A model generated the notes under the pieces. The model ran no database searches, was not told where the DNA came from, and saw nothing but the letters and a program-made list of their open reading frames with translations. The position numbers were made by a program, and so were the translations under genes. Positions 14,001 to 25,300 of a stretch of 61,550 bases of DNA are shown here, piece after piece. The number at the start of each line of letters is the position of its first letter. Within the stretch, counting starts at the first letter, position 1. Source of the stretch: Rhizaria sp. SCN 62-66 (lineage: Eukaryota); assembly GCA_001724265.1 (NCBI GenBank), contig MEDY01000154.1, forward strand, positions 1 through 61,550, in the 5' to 3' direction.

Positions 14001-16946
14001 CAGGGGAAAGTTGGTCACTTTGACAGCAACGTTGTATCCGATACCCAATTCGCCACTACGCGCAAGAAATTCTGGAACTCCATAGGAAAGAACGATGCTT
14101 TTCATCCAGGGCGAATCCTCATTCTCCGAACCCAGTGGGTCTAGCAGCTGACACTGCGGCAGAGCTGTACCCGGGTACTCCGGGTTACCAAAGACATTAA
14201 ACAGGTCTACAGTCACTTCCACCGACGTGATAACAGCCTCGGCGTGGTTGCGCAGATACTGTTCCGTACTGATTGTGAAGGGCACGTTGATTGAGCCAGA
14301 CGTCGCACTCGTGGAGTTGTAACGCGACTCAACAATCCATGCCTCAAGCGGAAAAGCTGCCGTACCGGGCGTCACCGTGATGACAGGCCGCGCACCGAGC
14401 TTGCCGAGCTCGGGCGGGTCTGTGTCAAGCGCGTATTTTGCCGCGGCGTCAGACAAGGCCAGGGGCTCGCTCATACAGCTGATAACATCTTCCAAGCCAC
14501 CCCCACCGCTGGATTCAGAGACTGGCTTGTCGCCGGCAGTTGAAATTAGTGCCGATGTGCACGAAAAGAGCATCACGTCAACACCGTCAACGAGGCCGAA
14601 GGGGAGCGCCATAGCAGTCGGCTTGGGCGGCGTGTTTGACTGGCACGACAGAGTCCACGGCACGCCCGGAAGTACGTCCAAGTCGGCGGGCAGTACAGCG
14701 CCGTAGTCAAAATCATACGTGGTCGAGACAGATCCAGACAAACCAGCACCACGAAATCGAAGCTCACTATCAAGAGCGTCCTTATCAACAAACGCAGTGT
14801 CCTAAAATATCAATCAATAACGAACAAAGCAGAAGCACTGGAAGTCAGATATATCAAATTCGTATGCAAGAAGTTCATCGGAAATGAAGAAATTCTTGTC
14901 AAATGACGATTATCGAATGAAACTACGTTATAAGATATGACGAACCTGAGTAAAATGACAGGTGCCCGATGGGAGCTGTTCGAGGAGAAGTTTAAGTCCG
15001 TTGTCGTCAGGATTAATGTCGTTGGCCGCGGGGTCTGCCAGCTCGAGCTTGATGCCAATGCGGCGTCGGGGCCCAGTGCGGATGCCCGTGGTGGAGCCTG
15101 TGACGACAATTGTGAGGGGCGTCTGGTTCTGTGGAGAGCCAAATTCAAAGCTGGTCGCAACGGGCAATGTCACCATCACCTGAGCGCGCGAACCGGGAAA
15201 CTGCGGCGGCGCAATGGCCTCCAGTCCACATGACGACTGCTGTGCGACCACGCGCGCCGCAGGCCCGGCGGCGTCGGCAGCGGTAGCGCCCTGTACCAGC
15301 GCCAGTGAGAACGCACCACCGGCATGAACAATGGCGCGCGCGGCAGGAGTCTTGCCCGCGAGCAATTGGCACGTGATTGTCAGACCGGCCTGGTACTCGC
15401 TGCCCCGGGAGACGAGAGACGCGAGCACGGTGGCCAGCCAGGGGCGAGGCAGCGAGATCGCCACGCACTGCTGCCCCGCGGGCGCGGCGCCGGGAGCGAG
15501 ACGGGCCGCAGAAGCTGCAACGCGCTGTGAGGAACCAACCATGAACGGACTGTCTTTCGGGAAGGAGCAGTACGCCGATTCGGCACTGTTGTGCGCCGGG
15601 AACAGCTCCATGAAAGACGTGGTCGTGTCAAATGTCGGGTCAGATTCAGTCGGAGCAGCGCGCTCACACACGCGCAGCGCCACGGCGTCGGTGGCAACTA
15701 GCCCAATGCGCAGAAGAGCGGGGAAGCCAACAACGCGGAAGCGCACGTGAGAGGGCCCTTCGGGGTCGATTGAGGAAATGAATGCGGCGCCACAGAAGGC
15801 AGTGCCCAGTGACGGGGTCCGCTGAGGGTCGACGGTGAGCTGCGTTGTATAGCCATGCACCTCCAGGTCGTCGCGCGCCTTGCGATCGCCGCCGGTCAAG
15901 AGTGGGAGCGCGAGCCAGTGCGGGTTCAGAGCAACGGGGTTTTGCAGCACGAGCTTCTCACTGGGCGCCGCAGAAGTCGTGCCGTCGGTGTAGAAGATAG
16001 TCGCAGTGATGTCCCCGCCGCGCAACACGGGCTGCACGTGAAGCATCTCTTCGTACGCCTTGCCCGTAAAAAGCCATGACACAATAAGCAGGCCGTCGAA
16101 GGTCGGCGTGTGCTTCGCGGGCGCAGCGGTGGCCGTTGGCGAGAGCACCATCACGACATAACCTGTCGCCGAGATCGAGTAAGAGGTCGACGTGAAGGCC
16201 TGCGTCTCGCTCGCAATCGCAAACGTGGAGCCGTGTGCGCGAAGCACGTCCGCAACCGCAGAAGGAAACGTCAGCTGCAGAGTTGTGGGGTGCAGCAGCG
16301 GTGACGATAGTGTTGTAGGTAGCGCCGTGACGCGAATTTGCGCCGCAGTGGCGCCAACGGGAAAGGTCACCCACAGCGCACGCACGACCACGGGTGTGAA
16401 GATGTGATCGTGGTAAAATGACGCATAACTAAATTCCCCAATTGTAAGCATCCCCACCCATGTGCAATAATCGTCGATAGGGCTGTTGTTTGAGAGGTAG
16501 CTCGTCGCGCTACCCTGGGAGTAGGGTTCCCACGTGCGGAACGGCGCGACAACAGGGGTACCTATGATGCTAGCGACAACGCGGAAGTACGCACCTGCGG
16601 GTCGCGTGCCTTTGGAGGTGAAAAACACGATATCTTTGTCAGGTGCGCCCAAAGGTCCAGTACTGATGGATAGCGCGGAGATGGGGCCTGTTGAGCTGTT
16701 GTAGTACTCCATCTGTGCGGCCCATGTCATTGTGTTAAATCGGCTGCTATCAACCGAGCCACAGGAAATGGGAATGCGAACACCAGCAAAGTCATTCGGG
16801 ATCGGCATCAGAGAAAATCGGTACTCAATACTCAGCAAATTCGTCGTGTCGGGTGAGTGCAGCGTGGTGACATAGGCGTTTGTGTCACTTACCATTTGCG
16901 CGGCCGCCAGCGCTCCGAGGGTAAGCAAGAGTACAACACAGATCAT
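2043..16946 (-). CDS. Giant (~4,870 aa) polycystin-1/REJ-like GPS receptor. Exons 16946-14946, 14801-13755, 13613-2043; in-frame TAG at 11033-11031
   Basis: Joins ORFs 14928..17027, 13707..14741, 11031..13553 and 2043..10958 through two phase-0 GT-AG introns and one in-frame TAG. Signal peptide MICVVLLLTLGALAAAQ; Cys-rich sushi-like modules (YTCDTGHEF...PQC); REJ-like segment (PQSGQC...CRGWTDEPAALPLRYRWGY); GPS motif CRFYDTAAKTWSGAGC...CKCSHLTIF; about 5 TM helices including the PKD1-type HLWSS..RP...S.QAR..C..M...AMY segment. Stop TGA. Confidence 0.8.
13614..13754 (-). other. Spliceosomal intron, 141 nt, phase 0
   Basis: CAG|GTTCGT...TTTTTAG|GAC; joins VRNDQ to DYDGYTG in frame and removes a stop codon. 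Confidence 0.8.
14802..14945 (-). other. Spliceosomal intron, 144 nt, phase 0
   Basis: CAG|GTTCGT...ATTTTAG|GAC; AT-rich; joins CHFTQ to DTAFVDK in frame. Confidence 0.8.
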
Positions 16947-18073
16947 AATAAAGTTGTATGCACAAGCTTTGCATACAGATTCAAGGCGTTGTCGCACTAT
17001 GAAGGTGACCATAAGGTACACGATCAACAGGCAACAACAACAGCAGCTGTTTCGTCGCAGCTGTTACTAGTCGTGGAGAGTGGCCGTGTCAAGTGACAGA
17101 CGATGAGCACTCGCAGGTAGGAGCTAGCTTCGCAGTAAGCAAAAGCAAGCCACGCCAGGTGCACGGCCGTTTGTGATTAGATTATGAGGCCCAACACCTA
17201 AGCAGCGGTGTGCAGACAGCGAGGAGACAAGATGAGGAAGTCGAGCGACAGGTCTCGAGGAACGACTCGCTCGATGCGACGCAGCGCTGGGCATGTCAAA
17301 TGACGCAAAGAAGCAGAGTAAGCGGAGTATATAGTATTACCAATACAGATTTCCCGCATGATACAATTCGCATATCGATATCAGCTTCAATGCAAAGTTA
17401 TACGGTACGCTGACAAGTGTTAGCAAGCTGTCATGCAAGGCCAGAAGAGCAGGCCAATATTAACCACCGACATGTGTCCCTTAGCAGTTCACGAGTAATA
17501 AACACATAGAAAATACAGTAAATTATCGCTAAAAAGTACGCAGGATCCTCTTCACGAACTCAACGAGCCGTACATTCGTATCGCCCAAAACGCACGACGA
17601 CTCCTCTTTCACCCGCCGCTGCGACTGTGGGAGTGACCGTGGGCAGTCACATCAGTCGGTCGGTCAAGCATAGGTCAAGACTTCGACCAAAGACCGACTG
17701 ATCGCGATTTGAATATCCCGATGTGTGTAATGCCTCTGGTTTGGCACAATTGAGATAGATATTAAAAAATATTGCAATAGTACTATTGGAGTATATTTAT
17801 ATTTGTCATAGATGCTTATTCAACGTGTGTTAACGAAAACCCCCAATGTGCGCGAGGCAACTTCATGAAAGGCCGCTGGGTTCAAAATGTCATGCAATTC
17901 AGGGTTGTGTGACGGTGTATGACAAGTATAACTTACGTTTTATTGGAACAACCGTCAGCTATTTAGTTTGTTATGCTCTGATGCGAATTCCACCTCTTGA
18001 GGCTCACGATAACCAACTTGCCTTTTTTTCCGCAGCTTCGTTGTCCCTTCGTTTTTGTTACACACTCTTTATC

Positions 18074-21000
18074 ATGCTCTCCCCAGGTGCCTCCACATCC
18101 CGAATCGCACTGGCGCTTGGCGCTGCAGTGCTATGCACGGCGTTTACAATCCTTGGCGCATGGCGCTGGGCACAAGACCCCTGGACGGTGTGGCCGGCCG
18201 AACGCAAGAGGCCCTTCTATGGTTACACGCTTGGCGGTCTCGCTGGCCTCTTCGCCATGATCACATTTGCGCCTATTGCCTTTGCCACTTTCCTTTCCGT
18301 TGGCCAGGTAGCGCTGCAATGGTTGGCTACTAACGTTGAGGCCGCCGCCGCTGTGCGCGCGCGCCTTGCCGCCAAGCCTCCCGGCAGCCGCCTTGGCCGT
18401 TTCGTCTCTGCGGACGAGCCCAGCGTGCAGCAGCACGAGCTCCAGCAGCAACAAGCGCGTTCCTCGTATCGCCGCGCTGTTGCGGCATACCTTGGCGTTG
18501 CTTTCCTTGCGCTGGCCGCGCTTGTGGGGCTTACGATCGCGGGCTGGTACGTCGGTGCGCATTGGATCCTGTCGTGTCGCGGTGGACTCTTCTGCATCGC
18601 TTCGGCTTCGCACATCGTGCCGCCCGATCCCGAGGGCACGCCTAGCGCCACGCGCAGCTGGTGGGGCTCCACTGGCGCTATGGTGATGTTTGCCGCACTG
18701 CTTTTCGGCGCCGCCATCGCTGCCCGTGTCGTCGTTGACACCGTCAAGATCATCCGTGGCTCCCACACTGCTGCCTCCGCCGCTGTCTCCACCACTGACA
18801 ATGCGTACGCACAGCTTGGCGACGCCTCCGCGGCCAACGACCAGAAGCCTGTGTTGCGCTCTTCGGTGCGCCCGCTGAGTTTGCGCGGCTTGTTCGCGCT
18901 GTACGCGTGCTGCCTTGTCGCCGCTTTCCTCTTGCTCCTCGTCGGCGGTTACCTTCCGAACGGTTTCTACGCCAAGATGACTCCCGCCGGACTCGCTTCA
19001 GCGGCTCGGCGCGCGGCCGTCGACATCCCCGCCGTTATTGCCGCCGCCAAGGCCAACGGCACCGACGAGGCAGTCGCTGCACAGTGCAAGCAGCGTAACC
19101 TGTTCACGTGCCCCGAGCTACCCGATGCGACAATGATTACCAAGAACCTGCGCCTTGCCGACGAGTGGGTCGTTAAGCTCTACCCCAGCAACGTCATCTT
19201 TTACATCTTCGTTGCGCTGTTCCCGCTTGTCGCGCTGCTTATGCGCTCTGTGCCCGCGCTTGACCGCATCGGCAGCGCTAAGCTCCGCGTGCGCCGCTGC
19301 TCGCCCATCGGAGCGCTTAAGCGTCTCTGCGCGCCTCTGTGCTGCCGTCGCAGCGCTGCCCCGGACGCCGGTAAAGCTGGTCATCTGCAGCAGGCTCCAC
19401 AGCTCTCGCGCTCGTTGCTGTCACAGGATGGCTCCAACAGCAACAGCAGCAGCTTGACTGTCGCGGAGCAACAAAAGGCGGCCCCGCGCGCGCGTATGGC
19501 GTTCTTCACCGTGCGCGAGATCCTTGCCCTGCTCTCGGTGCTTGCAATGGCGCTGCTGTTTTTCTCGTATTGGTTCTTTGACCACAACTGGAACGCCAAG
19601 TTCCCTAACAAGAAGCTCCCCACTCTGGTGGAGAATTGGTGCCGCACACTGGGCCAAGTCGCCACGCTCTTCTTCGCTCTGCTACTCTTCCCCGCAGCGC
19701 GCAACTCGCCCGTGCTGGCGCTGCTGGGCGTGTCGTGGGAGGCCGCAATCCAGTATCACCGCTGGCTGGGCACTGCTTTCCTGGCCGTCACCGCCGCGCA
19801 CGCTGGCGTTGCCATCAAGTGGTATGACGACAAGGGCGGACTCCCCGGTGACCTCGTGCGCGTGCCGATGCTCCATGCGCCGCATAGCAATAACTTCACC
19901 ATCCCTCTCGCGCACTGGGCCACGCTGGCGACGTTTATCTTCATCGGCGGGTTCTCGCTGATCCCACGCGTGCGCCGCGCGTGCTACGAGCTCTTCCTCT
20001 ACGCGCACCTTGCGACGTACCTGCTTCTCACGCCCACAGTGCTGTGGCACGCGCAGGCCTCGTGGGTCTACCTCGCCCCCGGCATGCTCATTTGGGCCGG
20101 CGACAAGGCCGTGCGTCTCTTCCGCTCCACACGCGCCGTCGAGCTGCGCCCCATCGCACTCCCGCCCACGCCCGCGCGCCCCCGCGGCACCGTCGTCATG
20201 GGCGCTGCCGCGTTTGACTGCGGCGCTGCGGGCCAGGTCGTCGAGCTCCGCGTCTCGGCTAAGAGTCTGCAGTTTGCCACGGGTCAGTACGCCTTCATCA
20301 ACGTCGCCGAGCTCTCGCTGTTTGAGTGGCACCCCATGACTGTGTCCTCCGCGTCAGTCTACGCCGGCCGCACCCGCGGAGACGCCGAGGGCAGCGCCGA
20401 CAACGACGTCACTTTCCACATCAAGGCCATGGGCGCTAAGACCTGGACCGACGCGCTGTACAACCACGTTCTTGCTCACCAGCAGAAGCAGCTCGCTCTC
20501 AACGCCGCGAACCCAGACAGCGGAATGGCTGGTGCCGTGGTCCCGCTCCCGCTGCCGCTCACTGTCGCTCTTGACGGCCCCTACGGCCGCCCGCTGGACT
20601 GGGAGAACTACGACGACATCGTGCTTGTCGGCGGCGGCATCGGCTCCACGCCCTGCAAGTCCGTCTTCGAGACCGTTCTGAACCACAAGCGCAATGTCCG
20701 TAGCGGCCGCGACAACGCCGCCACCGCCGGCTCCGCTGTCGAGGGCCCGCGCGTGCACCTTGTCTGCGTGGCGCGCGACGCCTCTCTGTTCGACTGCGTG
20801 CTGCGCGACACCCTCTCCGGGCTGCCGCTGCCCGCGACCACCGCGCAGCATGTCAAGGGCAAGGGCCGTGGTGGCATCGACGACGCGCGTGCCAGCTATA
20901 TTACGGACGACGACTTCACCGTTCAGCTCTTTGTGACGAACCCGTCCACTAGCGCCTCCGCGGTGGTTGGCGGCGTCGACGCGACCGAGTACTATTACTA

Positions 21001-21421
21001 CGAGTCCGACAACGAGGACGCGCGTTCTACCCTGCCCGCGCCCGGTTCTGTTGACTCGATCGGCAACGACCATGGCTTTGAGTATGCCGTGTCCCCGCTT
21101 GCGCCCGTGCCGGCCAGCAAGGCCGCTTCGGCGCGTGTCGACGCCTCGCGCAATATCGCCGCGAGCGCTGTCGCCGAGTCGGGGGCCAGTACCGCGGTCG
21201 CGTCTCGCCTTGCGTTCGGCCGTCCCGACCTCGACGCCGTGATCCCGGCCACGATTACGCGCGCGCAGCCTGGTCACATGGCGCTGTACCAGCCGCAGGC
21301 GCAGCGCGGCGAGCGCAAGACGCTCGTGTTTGTGTGCGGGCCTCAGGCCGTGGTGGAGGAGTGCGAGGCGCTGGCGCACACGCACGGCTACCATTTCCAC
21401 GCAGAGACGTTCACCCTCTAA
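18074..21421 (+). CDS. Ferric reductase / NADPH oxidase family flavocytochrome with extra N-terminal TM region (~1,115 aa)
   Basis: Heme-ligating His pairs (YHRWLG..AHAG; LYAHL..LWHA), FAD motif EWHPMT, DGPYG, NADPH motif VGGGIGSTP, VFVCGP and C-terminal FHAETF. Start placed at ATG 18074 where coding-like composition begins. Stop TAA. Confidence 0.9.
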   Translation: MLSPGASTSRIALALGAAVLCTAFTILGAWRWAQDPWTVWPAERKRPFYGYTLGGLAGLFAMITFAPIAFATFLSVGQVALQWLATNVEAAAAVRARLAAKPPGSRLGRFVSADEPSVQQHELQQQQARSSYRRAVAAYLGVAFLALAALVGLTIAGWYVGAHWILSCRGGLFCIASASHIVPPDPEGTPSATRSWWGSTGAMVMFAALLFGAAIAARVVVDTVKIIRGSHTAASAAVSTTDNAYAQLGDASAANDQKPVLRSSVRPLSLRGLFALYACCLVAAFLLLLVGGYLPNGFYAKMTPAGLASAARRAAVDIPAVIAAAKANGTDEAVAAQCKQRNLFTCPELPDATMITKNLRLADEWVVKLYPSNVIFYIFVALFPLVALLMRSVPALDRIGSAKLRVRRCSPIGALKRLCAPLCCRRSAAPDAGKAGHLQQAPQLSRSLLSQDGSNSNSSSLTVAEQQKAAPRARMAFFTVREILALLSVLAMALLFFSYWFFDHNWNAKFPNKKLPTLVENWCRTLGQVATLFFALLLFPAARNSPVLALLGVSWEAAIQYHRWLGTAFLAVTAAHAGVAIKWYDDKGGLPGDLVRVPMLHAPHSNNFTIPLAHWATLATFIFIGGFSLIPRVRRACYELFLYAHLATYLLLTPTVLWHAQASWVYLAPGMLIWAGDKAVRLFRSTRAVELRPIALPPTPARPRGTVVMGAAAFDCGAAGQVVELRVSAKSLQFATGQYAFINVAELSLFEWHPMTVSSASVYAGRTRGDAEGSADNDVTFHIKAMGAKTWTDALYNHVLAHQQKQLALNAANPDSGMAGAVVPLPLPLTVALDGPYGRPLDWENYDDIVLVGGGIGSTPCKSVFETVLNHKRNVRSGRDNAATAGSAVEGPRVHLVCVARDASLFDCVLRDTLSGLPLPATTAQHVKGKGRGGIDDARASYITDDDFTVQLFVTNPSTSASAVVGGVDATEYYYYESDNEDARSTLPAPGSVDSIGNDHGFEYAVSPLAPVPASKAASARVDASRNIAASAVAESGASTAVASRLAFGRPDLDAVIPATITRAQPGHMALYQPQAQRGERKTLVFVCGPQAVVEECEALAHTHGYHFHAETFTL

Positions 21422-22323
21422 GCACCACTCTCGCTTGCACTTGTAGTAAAAGAGAGCGCGACTGCGACTGTCTTTTCTTTCTTTTATTTTGGAGGACCCT
21501 CTCCTGTTTCTCGAGATACTATTTGCCGTCATATGTTCTTACTTCACTAGGTTCGAGTTCAAAGATATGATATAGTTGTGCTGTATCTAACTATCATATT
21601 TATGGATTATTCCAATGTTGTATTCTTAGGGATTGTGCATGTGTATCGTTACATGTTCTAGCTAAATGCTTTAGAATGTCACCATTACAATTTAACTCAT
21701 GTTTTACCATCGATTCTGTATTTTGTTTTCCGTTCTAGGTTTTTTTTGTTGTTGTATTTTTCACTTGAAGAAATGTTTATTCCACGCTGTTCAACTCTTT
21801 TTGAACAGTCCATGTATTTTTTTAAACCATGGTTTATCGATACGATTTCGCCGCTACACATCGCTCAATTCCTTGCATTTTGCAACACACATCACCATTG
21901 CATCATTTGACAGAATCAACCACCAACATTTCTTCTCACAGCGTCTACATGTGATGAGGGTCCACGGCACTAGAGGCTATGCCCTTACTTAGTAGTTGCA
22001 GTTGTAAACATCGTTGTCTGTTATCTGTCTCGAATGACTTGTCATTCTGTGGCGTGTAGATGTCGCTTTTTCTTTTTGCGCGCTCCGGCCCTGCACGGAT
22101 CATAATCAGCGAAGTCAGTGTCTTGATATAACAAACCATCGTTCAAATGTGTTGAAGCACATCATTTGATCTTGAAATACAGCTTGAGAAACCTCGCGCG
22201 CGCATGAGTGACTCACTAAATCTATGTATCGTAATCAAGTTTAAGAAATGCTATAAACACAGAATCATTCACGTCATTCACCCCATCTTTGTTCAAGCAA
22301 TACCAACACAAGTAAAGCAAGCA

Positions 22324-25300
22324 TTAGTTGCGTGCCTGTGTCATAATGTACGGGGCATACGGCAGCAGTTCACCCGCCGCAGCGCAGTCGTACAGAAACG
22401 CTGAACTTAGGTTAACGAATGCGCGACGCTTGCAGTACGGACATTCACTCCCTACACAGATAAGAATCCAGAAACAGAGAGCGCATAACAGTGGGAGTTA
22501 GTAAAAATAATGTGCTCACTGTTAAGAAATATAGTCAATTCCAATGGTAGCAAAGCAAACCACGAAAAGGCCTGAAGTAGCAACAGTCGTACCTGGGAGT
22601 CCCGTGATCCAGATGGGGAAGTGCGTGCCCTGCATGCCGCCCATGCGCTCGCGCTCGCGCTCCGTCAGCGTCTGCAAGTGCGGCCTCGCGCCGGGCGCCG
22701 TGGTGAAGCGCTCGGTGAGTTCGTCCACGAACACAGGCGCCGCGACGGCCGCGCCCATCCCCGTGGCCCAGCGTGCAACGGCCGCGACGTCCGCGGGGTG
22801 ACACAGCTCCGCGCTGCGCGTCGGGGCGGGCGGGGCGGTGGCCGCGACGCTGCGGCCGCGCGGAGCCGCAGCGCGGATCAGGGGCTTCTTCGATGGCGCC
22901 AGCGCGACGACGCCGAGCCCGTTTCCGGTGGCGGAGGCGTCGCGCGCGGCGCCGCCGCTGTAGCACTGCGTGCCACTGCAGACGAGCGAGAAAACTGAGG
23001 ACGGAGTCGGCGCGGGCATGTCGTCGGGCGCCGAGGAGAGCCACATCGGCAGCACGACGGTGAGCCCGTCCAGCGGCGCCGCGCGCAGCAGCGCCAGCAT
23101 GGCCTTTCCAGGGGCGTGCGCGCTGACAGTGGCGGGCGGCGCAACTACAGTGTTAACTGCGGGCTCATTGGCAGCGTGTGTATCAACAGAGACGTCAGAT
23201 AGCACCTCCAGTGATGCAGCAGCAGAGCCTGCCTCGAGGTTGGCAACGGCAGCAATGGCAGCTGCAGTCCCGGCAGCTTCAGCTTCAAAATGAGCGGCAA
23301 TAGTGGCCTGAACGTCAGCATCCGACTCGGCATCCGCCTCAGCCGCGGCAAGTGCCTCAGCCTCCGCAGCCGCCGCCGCCTCGGCAGCTGCAACAGCTAC
23401 GGCTTGTCCAGTCGCAGCCTTTCCAGCAGCTTCTGCTTGCGCAGCAGCCTGCGCCTCGTAAAACTCCGCGTCAGCATCGTTGCCATCGCCGTCTTCGAAG
23501 AGAGCCGCAAACGGATCAAGCGCAGTATATCCCTCAGCATCCGCGTCGGCTGCAACCGCGTGGTCATCAAACTGGTCAGAGACAGGCGCGGTGTCCACTG
23601 CAGCACCTACAACAGCATCTGCGTCTTCCATCGGCATGACATGCGTGCCTTCAACACTTTCCTTTGTTGGGTCTGATGACGCAGACGGTTCCCCATTCAG
23701 CATCACAGTGCTATTCGCTGCACGTTGCGTTGCAGTATGAGTCGCGGCTGCGCTCTCGCCGGCGCTGGCCTCGTCCCAGTCAGCGCTAAGCGACCGCTCC
23801 CAGCCCGCGCGCGCGGACACGGCCGTCGCGCCAGCGGCGATGCGACTGGCGCGATCCTCCGCCTCCTCCGTCGCGGCCTGCGCAAGCGCGGCCGCGTCGC
23901 CGCGTTGTCGCGCTGCCAGCGCGCGCGCAGCGGGGTTGTGAGAGTAGTAGCACACAATGGCAGGCACGCCGGCGCCGCCGGCGTAGGTGCGCAACCCGCG
24001 CTCCAGCGCGTACCACACGGCGTTGCCGGCGCCGGCGCCCTGGGACGCGGAGTATCCGTGCTTCGGCGTGACAATTGCGAGGAGCATCGCGGAGGCAAAT
24101 GAGACGCACTTGCGCAGCGCGAGCGCGAAAGCAGCCTCAGAGAACACACGCGTTTGCCGCGAGTAACACACGAGCAACGCTGCGAAAGTCCGCTTGCTGC
24201 CGCCCTGCGCGCCGGCCCCGGCGGCGGTGGGCAGCTCGACGACGTGCACCGAGCCCAGCGGCGCGTCCTGCGCGTCGCCCGCCGCAGCGTCGAACTGCTC
24301 CGCCACTGCGGGGTTCGCCGCGCGCAGCACCGAAAAGATGCCTCCGGTGCCAAAGCGCCCCGGCGCGACAAAGTGCAGCAGCAGCGTGCCGCCGCGCGCC
24401 TCCTGAAACGCGCGCGCAGCCGCGGCGAGCGCGGCGTTGAGTGACCCGCCAGCGGCGCTCGCGATGCGGTGCGCGGACGGCAGCGGAAACCCGAGCGTAC
24501 GGCCGGGCGCGGAGATGTCGGCAAACACGTGGTGCACCGCCGCGCCACCGTCGTCGACGTAACCCTCACTATGAGCACCATCGTCCTCGCTGCCCACGTG
24601 GTCTCGCTTGTCGAGCGCAGCACGCGCAAGCGGGACCGCCCAGTAGTGAGACTGAAGCAGCGACCGCGCCGCGGCGGCAGCAGCGGTGGCCATGGTCGAG
24701 GAAGACTCGGATTCCGCCGAAATTACGGCAGCGCGCCGAGCTGCGACAAGCGCTGCAAGCCTGGTCCGCTCCGCAATAACAGACGTGTCAACATTAACAG
24801 CATCAACGTCTTCTGCAGAGGACGTGGTAGAGCTCGCCTGAGAGACAGCAGCGGCGAGGATACTATCCACATCAGTTTCCCTCGTGTTTGCATCATCTGA
24901 GTCCTCCGTCTCGCTGCCATCAGCATCACTAGCGCGCGCTTTGCTAGGAACCAGTGCAGTCACAGCCGCCTCAACTGTGTCGGGCGCAGGCACTTGTGCC
25001 GAGAGGTAGCAGCGCCCCGCAGCGCCCGCGGCCGCAGCCTCCTCCGCGGCGAACGGCACCACCGCAGCAACAGTAACGGCAGGTGACGGCGCGTGCAGCG
25101 ACACGTTACCAACCGCAGGCAGCTTGGCCCAGCGGCTCTGGCGGCGCGCGCGCACCGCAGCGGCAGAGGACGCCGCGCGCGCTGTATCGCGTGCGTCACG
25201 CGTTTTACGCTGCGCCTGCAGCGCCCAGCGCCGCAAAAGCGCGCACACCGCGTCAGATGCGACAGCGCTGCCCGGCGCCGCTAGCGCGTCCGCTTCCGCG

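Noticed and set aside
17846-18073. ORF-track N-terminal extension of the FRE/NOX gene
   Set aside because: AT-rich and UTR- or intron-like; ATG 18074 is the more plausible start.
21500-21570. GGTTCGAGT T-loop-like motif, checked as a possible suppressor tRNA
   Set aside because: No acceptor, D or anticodon stems can be formed. I found no tRNA in the window.
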